The notes under the pieces were generated by a model. It saw nothing but the letters and a program-made list of their open reading frames with translations, ran no database searches and had not been told where the DNA came from. Shown here piece by piece: positions 53,991 through 63,574 of a stretch of 64,000 nucleotides of DNA. Source of the stretch: Candidatus Enterousia sp. (GTDB lineage: Bacteria > Pseudomonadota > Alphaproteobacteria > Rs-D84); NCBI GenBank assembly GCA_045651525.1, contig JAZRSO010000032.1, forward strand, positions 73,748 through 137,747. Reading direction: 5' to 3'. The translations under genes and the position numbers were made by a program. How positions within the stretch are numbered: the stretch's first letter is position 1; the number at the start of each line of letters is the position of its first letter.

Positions 53991-54506
53991 TTAACTTTCT
54001 TTGATTCCAAGCATTGTTACGATGTATTTTATATACTCTGTTGTCCATCTTTCAAGTCTTTTTGCAGGTGGCATCCCCATCAATACAGCTGGACAAGATA
54101 CAATTTCTGTGTCTGGTAATTCTGATTGAACCAAATATTTTGCACGATTTATATGGTCTTCGGTTGTGACAATAACGATTCGGTTCAGGTCTTTTTCATT
54201 TACGATTTTTTTTATCGCCAGTGCATTTTGATATGTTGATTTTGAGCGTGATTCAATAATTGCAGGTCTGTTCAGCTTATCAAGGTTTGTTGCGCCAGCA
54301 CCGATAATATATAAATCGACATTTGGAATTTCGTGAATTTTTTTTATCGCAAAAGGGATTCTGCGTTCGTCGCCAGTCAGTACAAAAACACTGTCGTTAT
54401 TGTGTATTTCACCACAATGTCTGGGGGCAGTGGACTTAAAATACATGCCGCCAATTACAAAACAGCTAAGTAATAAAAAAGATGGCGTGATTATTCGACG
54501 TATCAT
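53991..54506 (-). CDS. DUF218/YdcF/ElyC-family protein
   Basis: 171 aa with an N-terminal TM helix. Motifs VFVLTGDERRI, ESRSKSTYQNA and IVTTEDHINRA are present. Confidence 0.7.
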   Translation of the reverse strand: MIRRIITPSFLLLSCFVIGGMYFKSTAPRHCGEIHNNDSVFVLTGDERRIPFAIKKIHEIPNVDLYIIGAGATNLDKLNRPAIIESRSKSTYQNALAIKKIVNEKDLNRIVIVTTEDHINRAKYLVQSELPDTEIVSCPAVLMGMPPAKRLERWTTEYIKYIVTMLGIKES

Positions 54507-54509
54507 TGC

Positions 54510-55346
54510 TTAGCTGTTCTTTAATATATTGATTGTTGTACGGCGTGTAATTTGAATTGCAAAGATAACAATCGCAACAGGTAACATACACAATATCAAC
54601 CAACCAAATCCAGTCAGTCCAATTGTCGCCATCAGTCCAACACGTGTGCCGTGTGCCACAGATATTATAATCATCAATATTGGTGCCGCGGCAACCAATC
54701 CAATAAGGCTGGCAATGGCGCTAATTTTTGCGACGATAAATTGCATTTGTCGTGCGACAAATTTATCAGAAGCGCCAATTTGATTTAGTATTTCTAATTC
54801 ACGTTTATGCAACATTGCGGTATTTTGCGCGATATAAGAAATACAAAAACCAATCGCCCCCAGCATCAGTATTAAAATAAACCCAGACATCAGTATCATT
54901 TGCCAACCGGCTGATGTTGCAGATTTTAATGCGCTGGCATGTGTTAGAAAGCGCGCGTTATCTTTGATTTGTTTACCAAAAGATTCTAAATCCGATTCGG
55001 TTTTGAATTTTATTTCCCACATTTTTGGCAGGTATTTTTGTATTGCGTTACCGCCAGAAATCCATGGCGCCATCAAGTCTTGCATTTGTTTGGTTGTGAT
55101 TTCATTTGCCGATTCGATTTGTGATGTGTTTTGCTTGATTATTTTTTGTACGTTTTCAACGTTTTTCTGGTTTGTAACCTGAACAGTTGCGAACAATTCC
55201 CATTGGTTATTCCATTTTGTGACGCCAGTACCAATTGCCAATGCGACGCCCAATGCCAGTATTGATAAAAAAGATAACAGTGACATAATTGCTGTCATAA
55301 ATCTGGATTGTTCTTTTATCAGTGAAAATACAATTGGTTGTTTCAT
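54510..55346 (-). CDS. ftsX: cell division ABC transporter permease FtsX
   Basis: 278 aa with a four-TM topology and a large periplasmic loop. It overlaps the ftsE stop by 4 nt. Confidence 0.8.
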   Translation of the reverse strand: MKQPIVFSLIKEQSRFMTAIMSLLSFLSILALGVALAIGTGVTKWNNQWELFATVQVTNQKNVENVQKIIKQNTSQIESANEITTKQMQDLMAPWISGGNAIQKYLPKMWEIKFKTESDLESFGKQIKDNARFLTHASALKSATSAGWQMILMSGFILILMLGAIGFCISYIAQNTAMLHKRELEILNQIGASDKFVARQMQFIVAKISAIASLIGLVAAAPILMIIISVAHGTRVGLMATIGLTGFGWLILCMLPVAIVIFAIQITRRTTINILKNS

Positions 55347-56137
55347 TGCGCGTTTCCAATATCGTCAAATTGTTTTGAAAGTTCTGTGAAATAAGTTTGT
55401 GGTTTTGGCCCTTTCCATACCTTTTTATCCGAATCGGATTGTGGGGCAGGTTGGGCGGATTTTCCGGTAAAACTGACGCGATGGTTTTCAACCTTTATCA
55501 CAGGGAATTTATAGGTTTCCATCAGTTTTTTATTGTGTGTTGCCAGAATAATCGTAGTGCCAAACATCTTATTCATTTGTATAAACAGTTCCATCAGACG
55601 TGATGCGTTTTCATCGTCCAGGTTGCCTGTTGGTTCGTCCGCCAGCAGAATTGCAGGCTGAACAATAATGGCGCGTGCCACAGATACACGTTGCTGTTGT
55701 CCGCCAGATAATTCACGTGGATTTGCGTCTGCGTATTTGCCCAGACCAACCCAGTCCAAAACCTTGGCCACCAGTTTTTTTATTTTATCTTCGCCAACAC
55801 CACGTACGCGCAGTGGTAATGCAACATTGTCAAACACAGACAGGTGTGACAACAGTGAATATTCTTGAAAAACAATCGCCATTTTTTGACGCAGTTCGGT
55901 AATTTCATCGCGCGTCAGTTCGCCAGTGTTTTTCCCAAACAGTTTGATTTGTCCGCGTTCTGGTTTGTGTAATTGATATATTAAACGCAGCAGCGTTGTT
56001 TTGCCGGCGCCACTTGCGCCCGATAAAAAGTAAAATGCGCCAGCACCGATATTAAAAGAAACATCGGTCAGGATTTCTGGGCTGCCATCATATTTTGCGG
56101 CAACGTTTGCAAATGATATGTTTGTCTTTTCTTCCAT
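55343..56137 (-). CDS. ftsE: cell division ATP-binding protein FtsE (with a C-terminal extension)
   Basis: Walker A GASGAGKTT, signature LSGGQQQR and Walker B LLADEPTGNLD. A tail of about 40 aa follows. Confidence 0.85.
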   Translation of the reverse strand: MEEKTNISFANVAAKYDGSPEILTDVSFNIGAGAFYFLSGASGAGKTTLLRLIYQLHKPERGQIKLFGKNTGELTRDEITELRQKMAIVFQEYSLLSHLSVFDNVALPLRVRGVGEDKIKKLVAKVLDWVGLGKYADANPRELSGGQQQRVSVARAIIVQPAILLADEPTGNLDDENASRLMELFIQMNKMFGTTIILATHNKKLMETYKFPVIKVENHRVSFTGKSAQPAPQSDSDKKVWKGPKPQTYFTELSKQFDDIGNAQ

Positions 56138-56206
56138 GATTGGAATATAGTAAAAAATGAATTTGAGTGCAAGTGGTTAGTGAATGATTCTTAAATCGTT
56201 GACTGC

Positions 56207-56237
56207 AAAAAAAAATCCCCAAGTGGGGGATTTTTTT
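56207..56237 (-). terminator. rho-independent terminator (after pal)
   Basis: aaaaaaaaatcccc-aagt-gggggattttttt. Confidence 0.8.
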
Positions 56238-56634
56238 ATTTTCTTACAACTGTTGTGGCGTTTCTGTTTTTTGCCCAGACTTTTTCGCCTGTGCCCTTGT
56301 AGATTGGGTTTTCCTTGCCATAAGAAATTGTTTTAATACGTTTTGGTTCAATGTCGTTGCGAATTAAAACGTGCGCAGCGTTGCCAGCGCGCAATGCACC
56401 CAGTGCCAAATTGTATTCCGTAGAACCGCGTTCGTCACAACGACCCTGAATTGTAATATTTACATCTGGGTTCTTTTTTAAATACAGTGCCTGAGATTTT
56501 AAATCATCGCGTGCATCATCAGAAATTTTGGCAGAATCAAACGCAAAGAAAACCTGATCGCCATCAATGTTTGACGGAATGCCAGAACATGCAGCCATTA
56601 AAGTAGCCAATGCTAATACAATAATTTTTTTCAT
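56236..56634 (-). CDS. pal: peptidoglycan-associated lipoprotein Pal (OmpA C-like)
   Basis: The ATG at 56634 gives MKKIIVLALATLMAACSG (lipobox). The OmpA-C motif is present (GRCDERGSTEYNLALGALRA). Confidence 0.88.
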   Translation of the reverse strand: MKKIIVLALATLMAACSGIPSNIDGDQVFFAFDSAKISDDARDDLKSQALYLKKNPDVNITIQGRCDERGSTEYNLALGALRAGNAAHVLIRNDIEPKRIKTISYGKENPIYKGTGEKVWAKNRNATTVVRK

Positions 56635-56767
56635 AATATGCTTCCTCTCTAAATATGTGTGTATTAAACAACTTTTTTGGCTGTATGTCAATATGTTGTT
56701 TTTTTATCGCTTGGAAAGGGGGTAAAAATATGATATAGTTCGTGCATAAAAGGAAAGGATTTATATC

Positions 56768-57472
56768 ATGAAAAAAATAGTTTCTTTGGCCGTATTGGCT
56801 GCATTAACAACAACTGTGGCAGACGCTGCCCCAAGTTATATTAAACGTGACGCCCAGGGCGGTTATGATGTGACATATGATTACACTGACAAGGCAAAAA
56901 ATGGTTGGTATGTTGGTGGTCATGTTGCATTGAATATCGCAAGTTGGGAAAATGAATATGACACAAATGCACCAGAAGCAATTCCGACAGATTCTTATAC
57001 AGAATTCTTGTTTGGTGGTGATTTGTTCGTTGGTAAAACATTTAAATATTTCTGGCGCGCAGAACTGGAAGGTGGCTTGCTGGGTCAGTTTGAAGATGAA
57101 GCGGCAGGTACAACATTTAAAATGACAATCCCATATTTAATGGCAAATGGTTACTATGACTTTGCAAATGGTCTGTATGTTGGTGCAGGTGTTGGTATTG
57201 CAATGCCAAAAACAGAATTGACAGGTTTACATTTTAATGGTGGTGACATATCTAAGCAAACAGTTTCGCCAATGGCGGGTATTATGTTGGGCTATGCGTA
57301 TGAGTTGGATTATAACTTGACACTGGATTTGCGTTATCGTTTGTCTGGTTTAATGGGAAATAAACTGGAACGCACGTTCGAACACAAGAATATGAATACA
57401 TATGATATCAGCAGCGATGTTGGTTTGATATTGGATAATTCAGTATCGATTGGTATCAGATATAATTTCTAA
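56768..57472 (+). CDS. outer-membrane beta-barrel protein (OMP_b-brl type)
   Basis: Signal peptide MKKIVSLAVLAALTTTVADA. Alternating strands. C-terminus IGIRYNF. Confidence 0.7.
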   Translation: MKKIVSLAVLAALTTTVADAAPSYIKRDAQGGYDVTYDYTDKAKNGWYVGGHVALNIASWENEYDTNAPEAIPTDSYTEFLFGGDLFVGKTFKYFWRAELEGGLLGQFEDEAAGTTFKMTIPYLMANGYYDFANGLYVGAGVGIAMPKTELTGLHFNGGDISKQTVSPMAGIMLGYAYELDYNLTLDLRYRLSGLMGNKLERTFEHKNMNTYDISSDVGLILDNSVSIGIRYNF

Positions 57473-57549
57473 AAAAGTTAGGAAAAAATAAAAAAGGGCT
57501 TTTTTGGTATCAGAAAATATGATATAATGCTACCAAGTGGAGAGAAAAT

Positions 57550-58470
57550 ATGAAAAAAGAATTTAAACTTGTATCAGCATCAGTTATTGGATTGGTATGT
57601 GCATCATTGATGACACCGTCATTTGCGGTAACGGCTGTACGTTCGTTGGGTGGTGCAGGGACTTATACTGGCACAACATCTGCGGCACAGTCTGCAACGA
57701 CTGCACGTGCAGGTTCTGTTCGTGTTGGCGGTTCTACACGTACATCTGCGACAAGTTCTGCGGCATTACGCACACCATCGACACGTTCTGCAACAGCGCC
57801 ACGTTTGTCAATTGGTAAATACTTGTCTACAAACAGCTCGTTGGGTACGGGTGGTAAAGTAGAATTGTCAAATACTGTAAATTCCAGTGTAAACGAATTG
57901 AATACTAAATACGATGAATTGGAACAGACTGTTAAGAATTTTGATATTGATGGTCTAAGGGCAGAAGTAGATGCGTTGACAGATGCAGAAATAGCATTGT
58001 CGTATGATGAATCCAAGGGTGTTTTAACTATTGAACATGCAGGTCATACGGATACAGTTTCAATCTTTAACAGGGAAGAAGCAGATCAAATTATTAATGA
58101 CTTGATTGCTAGTGAAGTTTCCAAGGTTCAGGAAGAAATTGCAGCAGTGAAAAAGCAGATTGGCGATCTTGATATTCCAGAATTCGAAGAGTACGAAAAT
58201 GGAACTATGATTGAAATTACAACAGACGAACAAGGTAAGAAATCTGTTAATGCAAATGTTATCGTTGGTGCGTTAACTGAAAAATTGGAAGCTGATAAAT
58301 TAGTAACCGCAAATCAGACTATTGATTATGTAACAGGTTATGCAATTCCAAAACCTGGCGCAGGTCAGTGTGTTACAGACTCCAGTACATGTGTTCTGTC
58401 TGTGAATAATAATGGCGAATTGTATTGGTTGGAATTGGTTGATGCAGAACCAGCACCAGATGGCGAATAA
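57550..58470 (+). CDS. secreted Ser/Thr/Arg-rich plus coiled-coil protein, function unknown
   Basis: 306 aa. The signal peptide ends in PSFA. The C-terminal motif GELYWLELVD is shared with the downstream gene. Confidence 0.6.
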   Translation: MKKEFKLVSASVIGLVCASLMTPSFAVTAVRSLGGAGTYTGTTSAAQSATTARAGSVRVGGSTRTSATSSAALRTPSTRSATAPRLSIGKYLSTNSSLGTGGKVELSNTVNSSVNELNTKYDELEQTVKNFDIDGLRAEVDALTDAEIALSYDESKGVLTIEHAGHTDTVSIFNREEADQIINDLIASEVSKVQEEIAAVKKQIGDLDIPEFEEYENGTMIEITTDEQGKKSVNANVIVGALTEKLEADKLVTANQTIDYVTGYAIPKPGAGQCVTDSSTCVLSVNNNGELYWLELVDAEPAPDGE

Positions 58471-58527
58471 AAATAAAACAACAAAACGAAACAACAAAAA
58501 CAACAAAACGAAAGAAAGGAAAAAACA

Positions 58528-59499
58528 ATGAAAAAATTAACAGCAGGCATTTTTGCCACTATCTTGGGCGTAACAGCAATGGGCGCAGCAGACGCGGCCG
58601 TTACATCAAAAGGCTACGTTGACGCAGCAGTCGGCGCAGTTGCACAATCTGTTACAGATTTGGGTACAAATGTTGCAAGAGATTATGCAACAAAACAAGC
58701 ATTGGAAACTGCAGAAGATACATTGCAGCAGAATATTAATGCAGTTGCAGAAGTTGCAAATGCAGCGGCACCACAGGTTACAACATATACCAAAGAGGAA
58801 GTTGATGCAAAGATTGCAGGTGTTGACGGTGCAACAGCAATTGCGGGTTTGCAGAATCAAATTGATGCAATTAATTTAGAACAGACAACTCAAAACACAA
58901 ATATTACTAATTTGCAAAACAACAAAGCAAATTCTGCAGATGTTTATACAAAGACAGAAGCAGATGCGGCATTTGCAACAGCAGCACAAGGTGCTACAGC
59001 TGATGCAACTGCAGCAACAGTTGCTACTTATGGCGATATCGTAACACATGATGTAGCGGAATTTGCAACAGCAGCACAAGGTGCGTTGGCGGCTACAGCA
59101 GTACAACCAGCGGCTATTAATGACATGGCAACAATGACATGGGTTGAAGGCAAAGATTATGCAACAAATACAGCTTTGACAACCGGTTTGTCAGGTAAAC
59201 AAGCAACTTTGTCTGACACTCAGTTGCAAGCAGTAAATTCTGGTATCACAGCGGACAAGATTTCTGCTATGGATCAAGCAACAGCAGATGTACGAGCGGA
59301 TGCAAAGCAGGCCTTGGCCGGTGCTGAAAATGCACAGACAGCAGCGAATGCAGCAAACGCAGCATTGAATACTGAAAGCAAGTTGTCTGATGGTCAATAT
59401 ACATTGACAATGAAAGTTGTTGAAGGTGTAACAACATACGGTTGGGAATTGATCGATCGTTATTATGCGGCTGATGATGTAACAGGAAATGGTCAATAA
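58528..59499 (+). CDS. secreted fibre-like protein with phage-tail-fibre-type repeats
   Basis: 323 aa. The signal peptide is followed by VTSKGYVDAAVG. Repeats include (V/T)YTK(T/E)E(A/V)DA and FATAAQGA. The C-terminus carries TYGWELID. Confidence 0.65.
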   Translation: MKKLTAGIFATILGVTAMGAADAAVTSKGYVDAAVGAVAQSVTDLGTNVARDYATKQALETAEDTLQQNINAVAEVANAAAPQVTTYTKEEVDAKIAGVDGATAIAGLQNQIDAINLEQTTQNTNITNLQNNKANSADVYTKTEADAAFATAAQGATADATAATVATYGDIVTHDVAEFATAAQGALAATAVQPAAINDMATMTWVEGKDYATNTALTTGLSGKQATLSDTQLQAVNSGITADKISAMDQATADVRADAKQALAGAENAQTAANAANAALNTESKLSDGQYTLTMKVVEGVTTYGWELIDRYYAADDVTGNGQ

Positions 59500-59529
59500 T
59501 ATTTGAAAAAATATTATGAAAATTAAAAA

Positions 59530-59557
59530 GACTGGGGGACGCCCCGGTCTTTTTTTT
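59530..59557 (+). terminator. rho-independent terminator
   Basis: gactgggg-gacg-ccccggtc followed by ttttttt. Confidence 0.85.
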
Positions 59558-59637
59558 GTCTTTATTATTTTCTTGTCCCCCTGTGTGGGGCGGGTCGGGG
59601 GCAGGGAAAGAAAAAACTTGTCACTCCTGTGTTTTCT

Positions 59638-59769
59638 CTTGTCACGCCTATCGCAGGCAGGAGTGGGGCCATACAGTGTGAGTGAAACGAACCAAAAATT
59701 AAACATCGTAAAAGTTCGAATAGTGTAAATTTTATAGACCCTATCCCTGTCTACGATAGGCGTGACAAG
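59638..59769. repeat. perfect 16-bp inverted repeat (extendable to about 31 imperfect bp) enclosing about 100 bp
   Basis: cttgtcacgcctatcg (59638-59653) pairs with cgataggcgtgacaag (59754-59769). Related direct half-sites cttgtcactcctgtg (59617) and cttgtccccctgtg (59572) lie upstream. Confidence 0.9.
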
Positions 59770-59869
59770 AGTTTTTAAGTTTTATTCCTTGTACACTCCG
59801 CCTTTGCCGGTATGACGGTAAAAGTGGGTGTTGTGGTTAAGAAAAATAAAAAACACAATAATTTGACTG

Positions 59870-59899
59870 TTGACGTATATATGTGATTTTTGGTATAAT
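59870..59899 (+). promoter_or_regulatory. sigma-70 promoter with an extended -10
   Basis: TTGACG-N18-(TGg)TATAAT lies 21 nt upstream of the ATG at 59921. Confidence 0.5.
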
Positions 59900-59920
59900 T
59901 TAAACACGAGAGGAAATAAC

Positions 59921-60181
59921 ATGAAAAAAACCGCAGTATTCTGGACTTTTTTTATCGTTTCAATGTCGGTGGCAAATGCTGCACTGACTAGCAAGGGTTA
60001 TGTTGATACAGGTCTTGGTAAAAAACAAGATGCGTTGGTAAATTCAGATACGATTACTGTTGGGGCTGATAATAAATTGACCGCTGTTACAGCCACCGCT
60101 ACCAAGGCAGGTGTTGCGACATTGGGTACAATTCCTGTGGGTGAAACTGGTACAACAACTGCAAAAATTTGGGTTGAATAA
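59921..60181 (+). CDS. small secreted protein sharing the N-terminal module of the fibre-like protein
   Basis: 86 aa. The signal peptide is followed by LTSKGYVDTGLG. It ends ATKAGVATLGTIPVGETGTTTAKIWVE, a tail-fibre-like KAG..LG motif. Confidence 0.6.
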   Translation: MKKTAVFWTFFIVSMSVANAALTSKGYVDTGLGKKQDALVNSDTITVGADNKLTAVTATATKAGVATLGTIPVGETGTTTAKIWVE

Positions 60182-60197
60182 TTCCGATACAGTTTAT

Positions 60198-60226
60198 AAA
60201 AAAATCCCCGTTTGGGGATTTTTTTA
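60198..60226. terminator. bidirectional rho-independent terminator
   Basis: aaaaaaatcccc-gttt-ggggattttttt. Confidence 0.85.
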
Positions 60227-60239
60227 TGGTTTGTTTTAT

Positions 60240-60815
60240 TTAAAACAGACTTATCAATCCAATGCCCAATACGGCAAAGATAATTGCGCCAATTGTCAAT
60301 GGCCAAAAATATTTGTTCACAATTGCGTTTGCGCGTTCCTGGAAAAAATACAGTAATGTCGCAATTATCGCAAAGCGACCTGTGCGGAATATTGCAGATA
60401 CAGCCAAGAATAAAAACATTGGATACCCAATAAAGCCCAGCCATATCGCCAATAATTTATACGGTATTGGTGTAACAGCCGTCAGCACAATTATCAAAAT
60501 TCCATATTTTGAAAACATTGGCTTTATCGTGGATTCAATCAGTTCTGGGTTGGAAAATGTTTCAATCAACCATACCCCCACAGAATCATACAGCCACATA
60601 CCAATCATATACGCAATTGCACCGCCAACCAATGACCCCAAGCTGGCCGCAACTGTAATTGGAACTGCGCGACGCTTGTTCGCGATAATTGGTGGGGTCA
60701 TAAATACTTCGGGTGGGATGAACAAGAATATCGATTCAAAGACTGTCATCAAAAATACAACCCATGAATAACCGCGTGATTCTGACTTTTTTAATATACA
60801 TTCTGAAAATTTCAT
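60240..60815 (-). CDS. DedA/YqaA-family (SNARE-associated) membrane protein
   Basis: 191 aa with multiple TM helices. FIPPEVFMTPP and VTPIPYKLLAI motifs are present. Confidence 0.7.
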   Translation of the reverse strand: MKFSECILKKSESRGYSWVVFLMTVFESIFLFIPPEVFMTPPIIANKRRAVPITVAASLGSLVGGAIAYMIGMWLYDSVGVWLIETFSNPELIESTIKPMFSKYGILIIVLTAVTPIPYKLLAIWLGFIGYPMFLFLAVSAIFRTGRFAIIATLLYFFQERANAIVNKYFWPLTIGAIIFAVLGIGLISLF

Positions 60816-60907
60816 GACTTTTTCCCCAGTGTGTAAAAAATTTACTTGATTGTAATTTATTATTTAATATTTTACAATAATAATAAACAATATCAGGGAT
60901 AAAAGTT

Positions 60908-61258
60908 ATGCCAAAAAAACAATTTAATTCAAATCGTGGTGAACGTATCGCTGCCAAGGTGCAAACATTGGTCGCAGAAATCTTGCGCGATATTTATTCT
61001 GATGACCCGTTAATCGCGGGTGTGTCGCTGGTTGGGGCTGATTCACATGGTGGGCTGCAATTTGTGTGCTTGTTTTTCTATACCAGAAATCCTGATATAA
61101 ACGCGGTGCAGAAAAGGTTAGATGAAATTACACGGTCTGTGCGATTTGAGCTGGCGGCACGATTGAATCAAAAATATGTGCCTGATATTAAATTTGCATA
61201 TGATGATACGTTGGAACGTGCCGCGCGTATTGACGAATTGTTGAATAATTTAAAATAG
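60908..61258 (+). CDS. rbfA: 30S ribosome-binding factor RbfA
   Basis: 116 aa with [16 protein letters not shown] and a typical RbfA length and charge pattern. Confidence 0.8.
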   Translation: MPKKQFNSNRGERIAAKVQTLVAEILRDIYSDDPLIAGVSLVGADSHGGLQFVCLFFYTRNPDINAVQKRLDEITRSVRFELAARLNQKYVPDIKFAYDDTLERAARIDELLNNLK

Positions 61259-61316
61259 TCTTTATCAGGTAAAAAAATGCCTTGCGAATGTGGCAATACT
61301 GGTTTATGATTGCCGC

Positions 61317-63110
61317 ATGAAACAGAAGAATATAAGAAATTTTTCCATCGTTGCACATATTGATCATGGTAAATCAACGCTGTCTGACAGATTGATTGAA
61401 TTTACAGGTGGCTTGCAATCCCGTGAAATGAAGGCTCAGGTCTTGGATTCAATGGATATTGAACGTGAACGTGGTATTACGATTAAGGCACAGACTGTAC
61501 GTCTGAATTACAAGGCAAAAAATGGCGAAGAATATCAGTTAAATCTGATGGATACACCGGGACATGTGGACTTTTCGTACGAGGTTTCACGTTCCTTGGC
61601 CGCGTGTGAGGGGGCATTGGTCTTGGTCGATGCAACCCAGGGTGTTCAAGCACAAACATTGGCAAATGCGTACTTGGCGTTGGATAATGATTTGGAAATG
61701 TTGCCGGTGCTGAATAAAATTGACTTGCCATCCAGTGATGTGGCGGCCACACGTGAACAAATCGCAGATGTTATCGGATTGGATGCAAATGATGCGTTGG
61801 CTGTATCTGGCAAAACAGGTGATGGTGTGCCAGAATTGCTGGAAGAAATTGTGAATAAACTGCCACCACCACACGGTGATGAAAATGCGTCAACACGTGC
61901 GTTGCTGGTGGATTCGTGGTATGATTCTTATTTGGGTGTTGTAATCTTGGTGCGTGTGGTTGATGGTGTATTGAACCGCGGGCAAAAGATTAAATTTATG
62001 GCAACTGGGGCAGAGTATGTTGTTGATAAAATCGGTTACTTTACACCAAAGATGGTAAATGTTGATAAATTACATACTGGGGAAATTGGATTTATTATCA
62101 CAGGTATGAAAACGATTCACGATTGCAAGGTTGGCGATACAATTGTTGATGCAAAATCTGAAAATGCGCAAATGTTGCCTGGGTTTAAGCCGTCTGTGCC
62201 GGTTGTGTTTTCGTCGTTCTTTCCGGTCGAGGCAGATGATTACCCAACATTCCGCGAAAGTGCAGAAAAATTGGCGTTAAACGATGCGTCGTTTATGTTT
62301 ACTGTGGAAAAATCGTCTGCACTTGGGTTTGGTTTGCGTTGCGGATTCTTGGGTTTGTTGCATATGGAAATTATCAGTGAACGTCTGTCGCGTGAATTCA
62401 ATTTGAATTTGATAAATACTGTGCCAAGCGTGCTGTATAAAATTCATCTGCGTAATGGCGAAGTTATCGATTTGGAAAATCCAGCCGATATGCCAGAGGC
62501 AACAAGAATCGCATCTATCGAGGAACCATGGGTGCGCGCAACAATTATGATGCCTGATAAATATATGGGTGGCATTATGTCGCTGTGTGCGGAAAGACGC
62601 GGTGTTCAAGAAAATGTATCTTATGTTGGTAATCGTGCTGTATTGGTTTATCAATTGCCGTTGGCAGAAATTGTATTTGATTTCTATGACAGGGTAAAAT
62701 CTATATCGTCTGGGTATGCGTCATTTGACTATGTCGTATATGGTTATCAGGCATCTGATTTGGTCAAGGTAAATATTCTGGTGAACGAAGAAAATGTAGA
62801 GCCGTTGTCATTTATGTGTCATCGATCTTTTGCAGAAAAACGTGGTCGTCAAATCGTTGAAAAATTAAAAGATTTAATCCCACGTCATCAGTTTAAAATT
62901 CCTTTGCAGGCCGCAATCGGTGGAAAAATTATCGCACGCGAAACAATTGCTGCATATCGCAAGGACGTAACTGCAAAGTGCTATGGGGGGGATATAACAC
63001 GTAAACGCAAACTGTTGGAAAAACAAAAAGAAGGTAAAAAACGTATGCGTTCTTTTGGTAATGTTGAAATTCCACAGTCTGCATTTATAAATGCATTGAA
63101 AGTATCTTAA
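61317..63110 (+). CDS. lepA: translation elongation factor 4 (LepA)
   Basis: 597 aa from the ATG at 61317. G-domain motifs ([21 protein letters not shown]) and the LepA C-terminal domain (...[24 protein letters not shown]) are present. Confidence 0.93.
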   Translation: MKQKNIRNFSIVAHIDHGKSTLSDRLIEFTGGLQSREMKAQVLDSMDIERERGITIKAQTVRLNYKAKNGEEYQLNLMDTPGHVDFSYEVSRSLAACEGALVLVDATQGVQAQTLANAYLALDNDLEMLPVLNKIDLPSSDVAATREQIADVIGLDANDALAVSGKTGDGVPELLEEIVNKLPPPHGDENASTRALLVDSWYDSYLGVVILVRVVDGVLNRGQKIKFMATGAEYVVDKIGYFTPKMVNVDKLHTGEIGFIITGMKTIHDCKVGDTIVDAKSENAQMLPGFKPSVPVVFSSFFPVEADDYPTFRESAEKLALNDASFMFTVEKSSALGFGLRCGFLGLLHMEIISERLSREFNLNLINTVPSVLYKIHLRNGEVIDLENPADMPEATRIASIEEPWVRATIMMPDKYMGGIMSLCAERRGVQENVSYVGNRAVLVYQLPLAEIVFDFYDRVKSISSGYASFDYVVYGYQASDLVKVNILVNEENVEPLSFMCHRSFAEKRGRQIVEKLKDLIPRHQFKIPLQAAIGGKIIARETIAAYRKDVTAKCYGGDITRKRKLLEKQKEGKKRMRSFGNVEIPQSAFINALKVS

Positions 63111-63128
63111 AACAAAAAAGGTTAAATT

Positions 63129-63557
63129 ATGAATTGGTTTGATTATTTGGTTAGAACACCATGGTCGCAAAAAAAACAAGACTGGAAAGAATTTAAACAA
63201 ATTAGAAAAGAAGTACGTAAAGCAGAATCTAAATTTGAATTTGCAGAAATTAAAATTGCACGCACTTTTTTTGAAGAAGATTCGTATGATGAAGTGCCTG
63301 CATGTATAAAATGGCGTGTTATGTATGCGCGTTCAAAACCGGTGGAAGGGGTGGAATTTGAATATACATTAATGTCGTATGACCCAAGACGTTGTGTAAA
63401 CTTTGCACCAATTGGCGATGAACAGTTGTGTCCATGTACACAATGTGGTGCATATCCTGCAAATAAGGAATATTATACTGCACGTAAAGCATTGGAACAG
63501 AAAAAGTTACAGAAAAAACAATTTTGGAACAATAAATTTAATCAGAATACAAAATAA
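63129..63557 (+). CDS. hypothetical protein (142 aa, Lys-rich with a CPCTQC motif)
   Basis: ORF-track entry with no recognisable family. It lies between lepA and the integrase gene. Confidence 0.45.
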   Translation: MNWFDYLVRTPWSQKKQDWKEFKQIRKEVRKAESKFEFAEIKIARTFFEEDSYDEVPACIKWRVMYARSKPVEGVEFEYTLMSYDPRRCVNFAPIGDEQLCPCTQCGAYPANKEYYTARKALEQKKLQKKQFWNNKFNQNTK

Positions 63558-63574
63558 AACCAAGGGGGCCGATT

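Noticed and set aside
59516-59728. The 70-aa plus-strand ORF and the 171-aa minus-strand ORF (59191-59706) across the GC-rich island as real genes.
   Set aside because: The plus-strand ORF starts upstream of, and reads through, the intrinsic terminator of the preceding gene. The minus-strand ORF is antisense to the fibre-like CDS. Both have implausible composition.
58528-60181. A diversity-generating retroelement or shufflon acting on the fibre-like genes.
   Set aside because: There is no reverse transcriptase, no template/variable repeat pair with A-specific differences and no Rci-type recombinase nearby. The internal 23-bp repeat is an ordinary coding repeat. Only the inverted repeat at 59638-59769 is retained as a finding.
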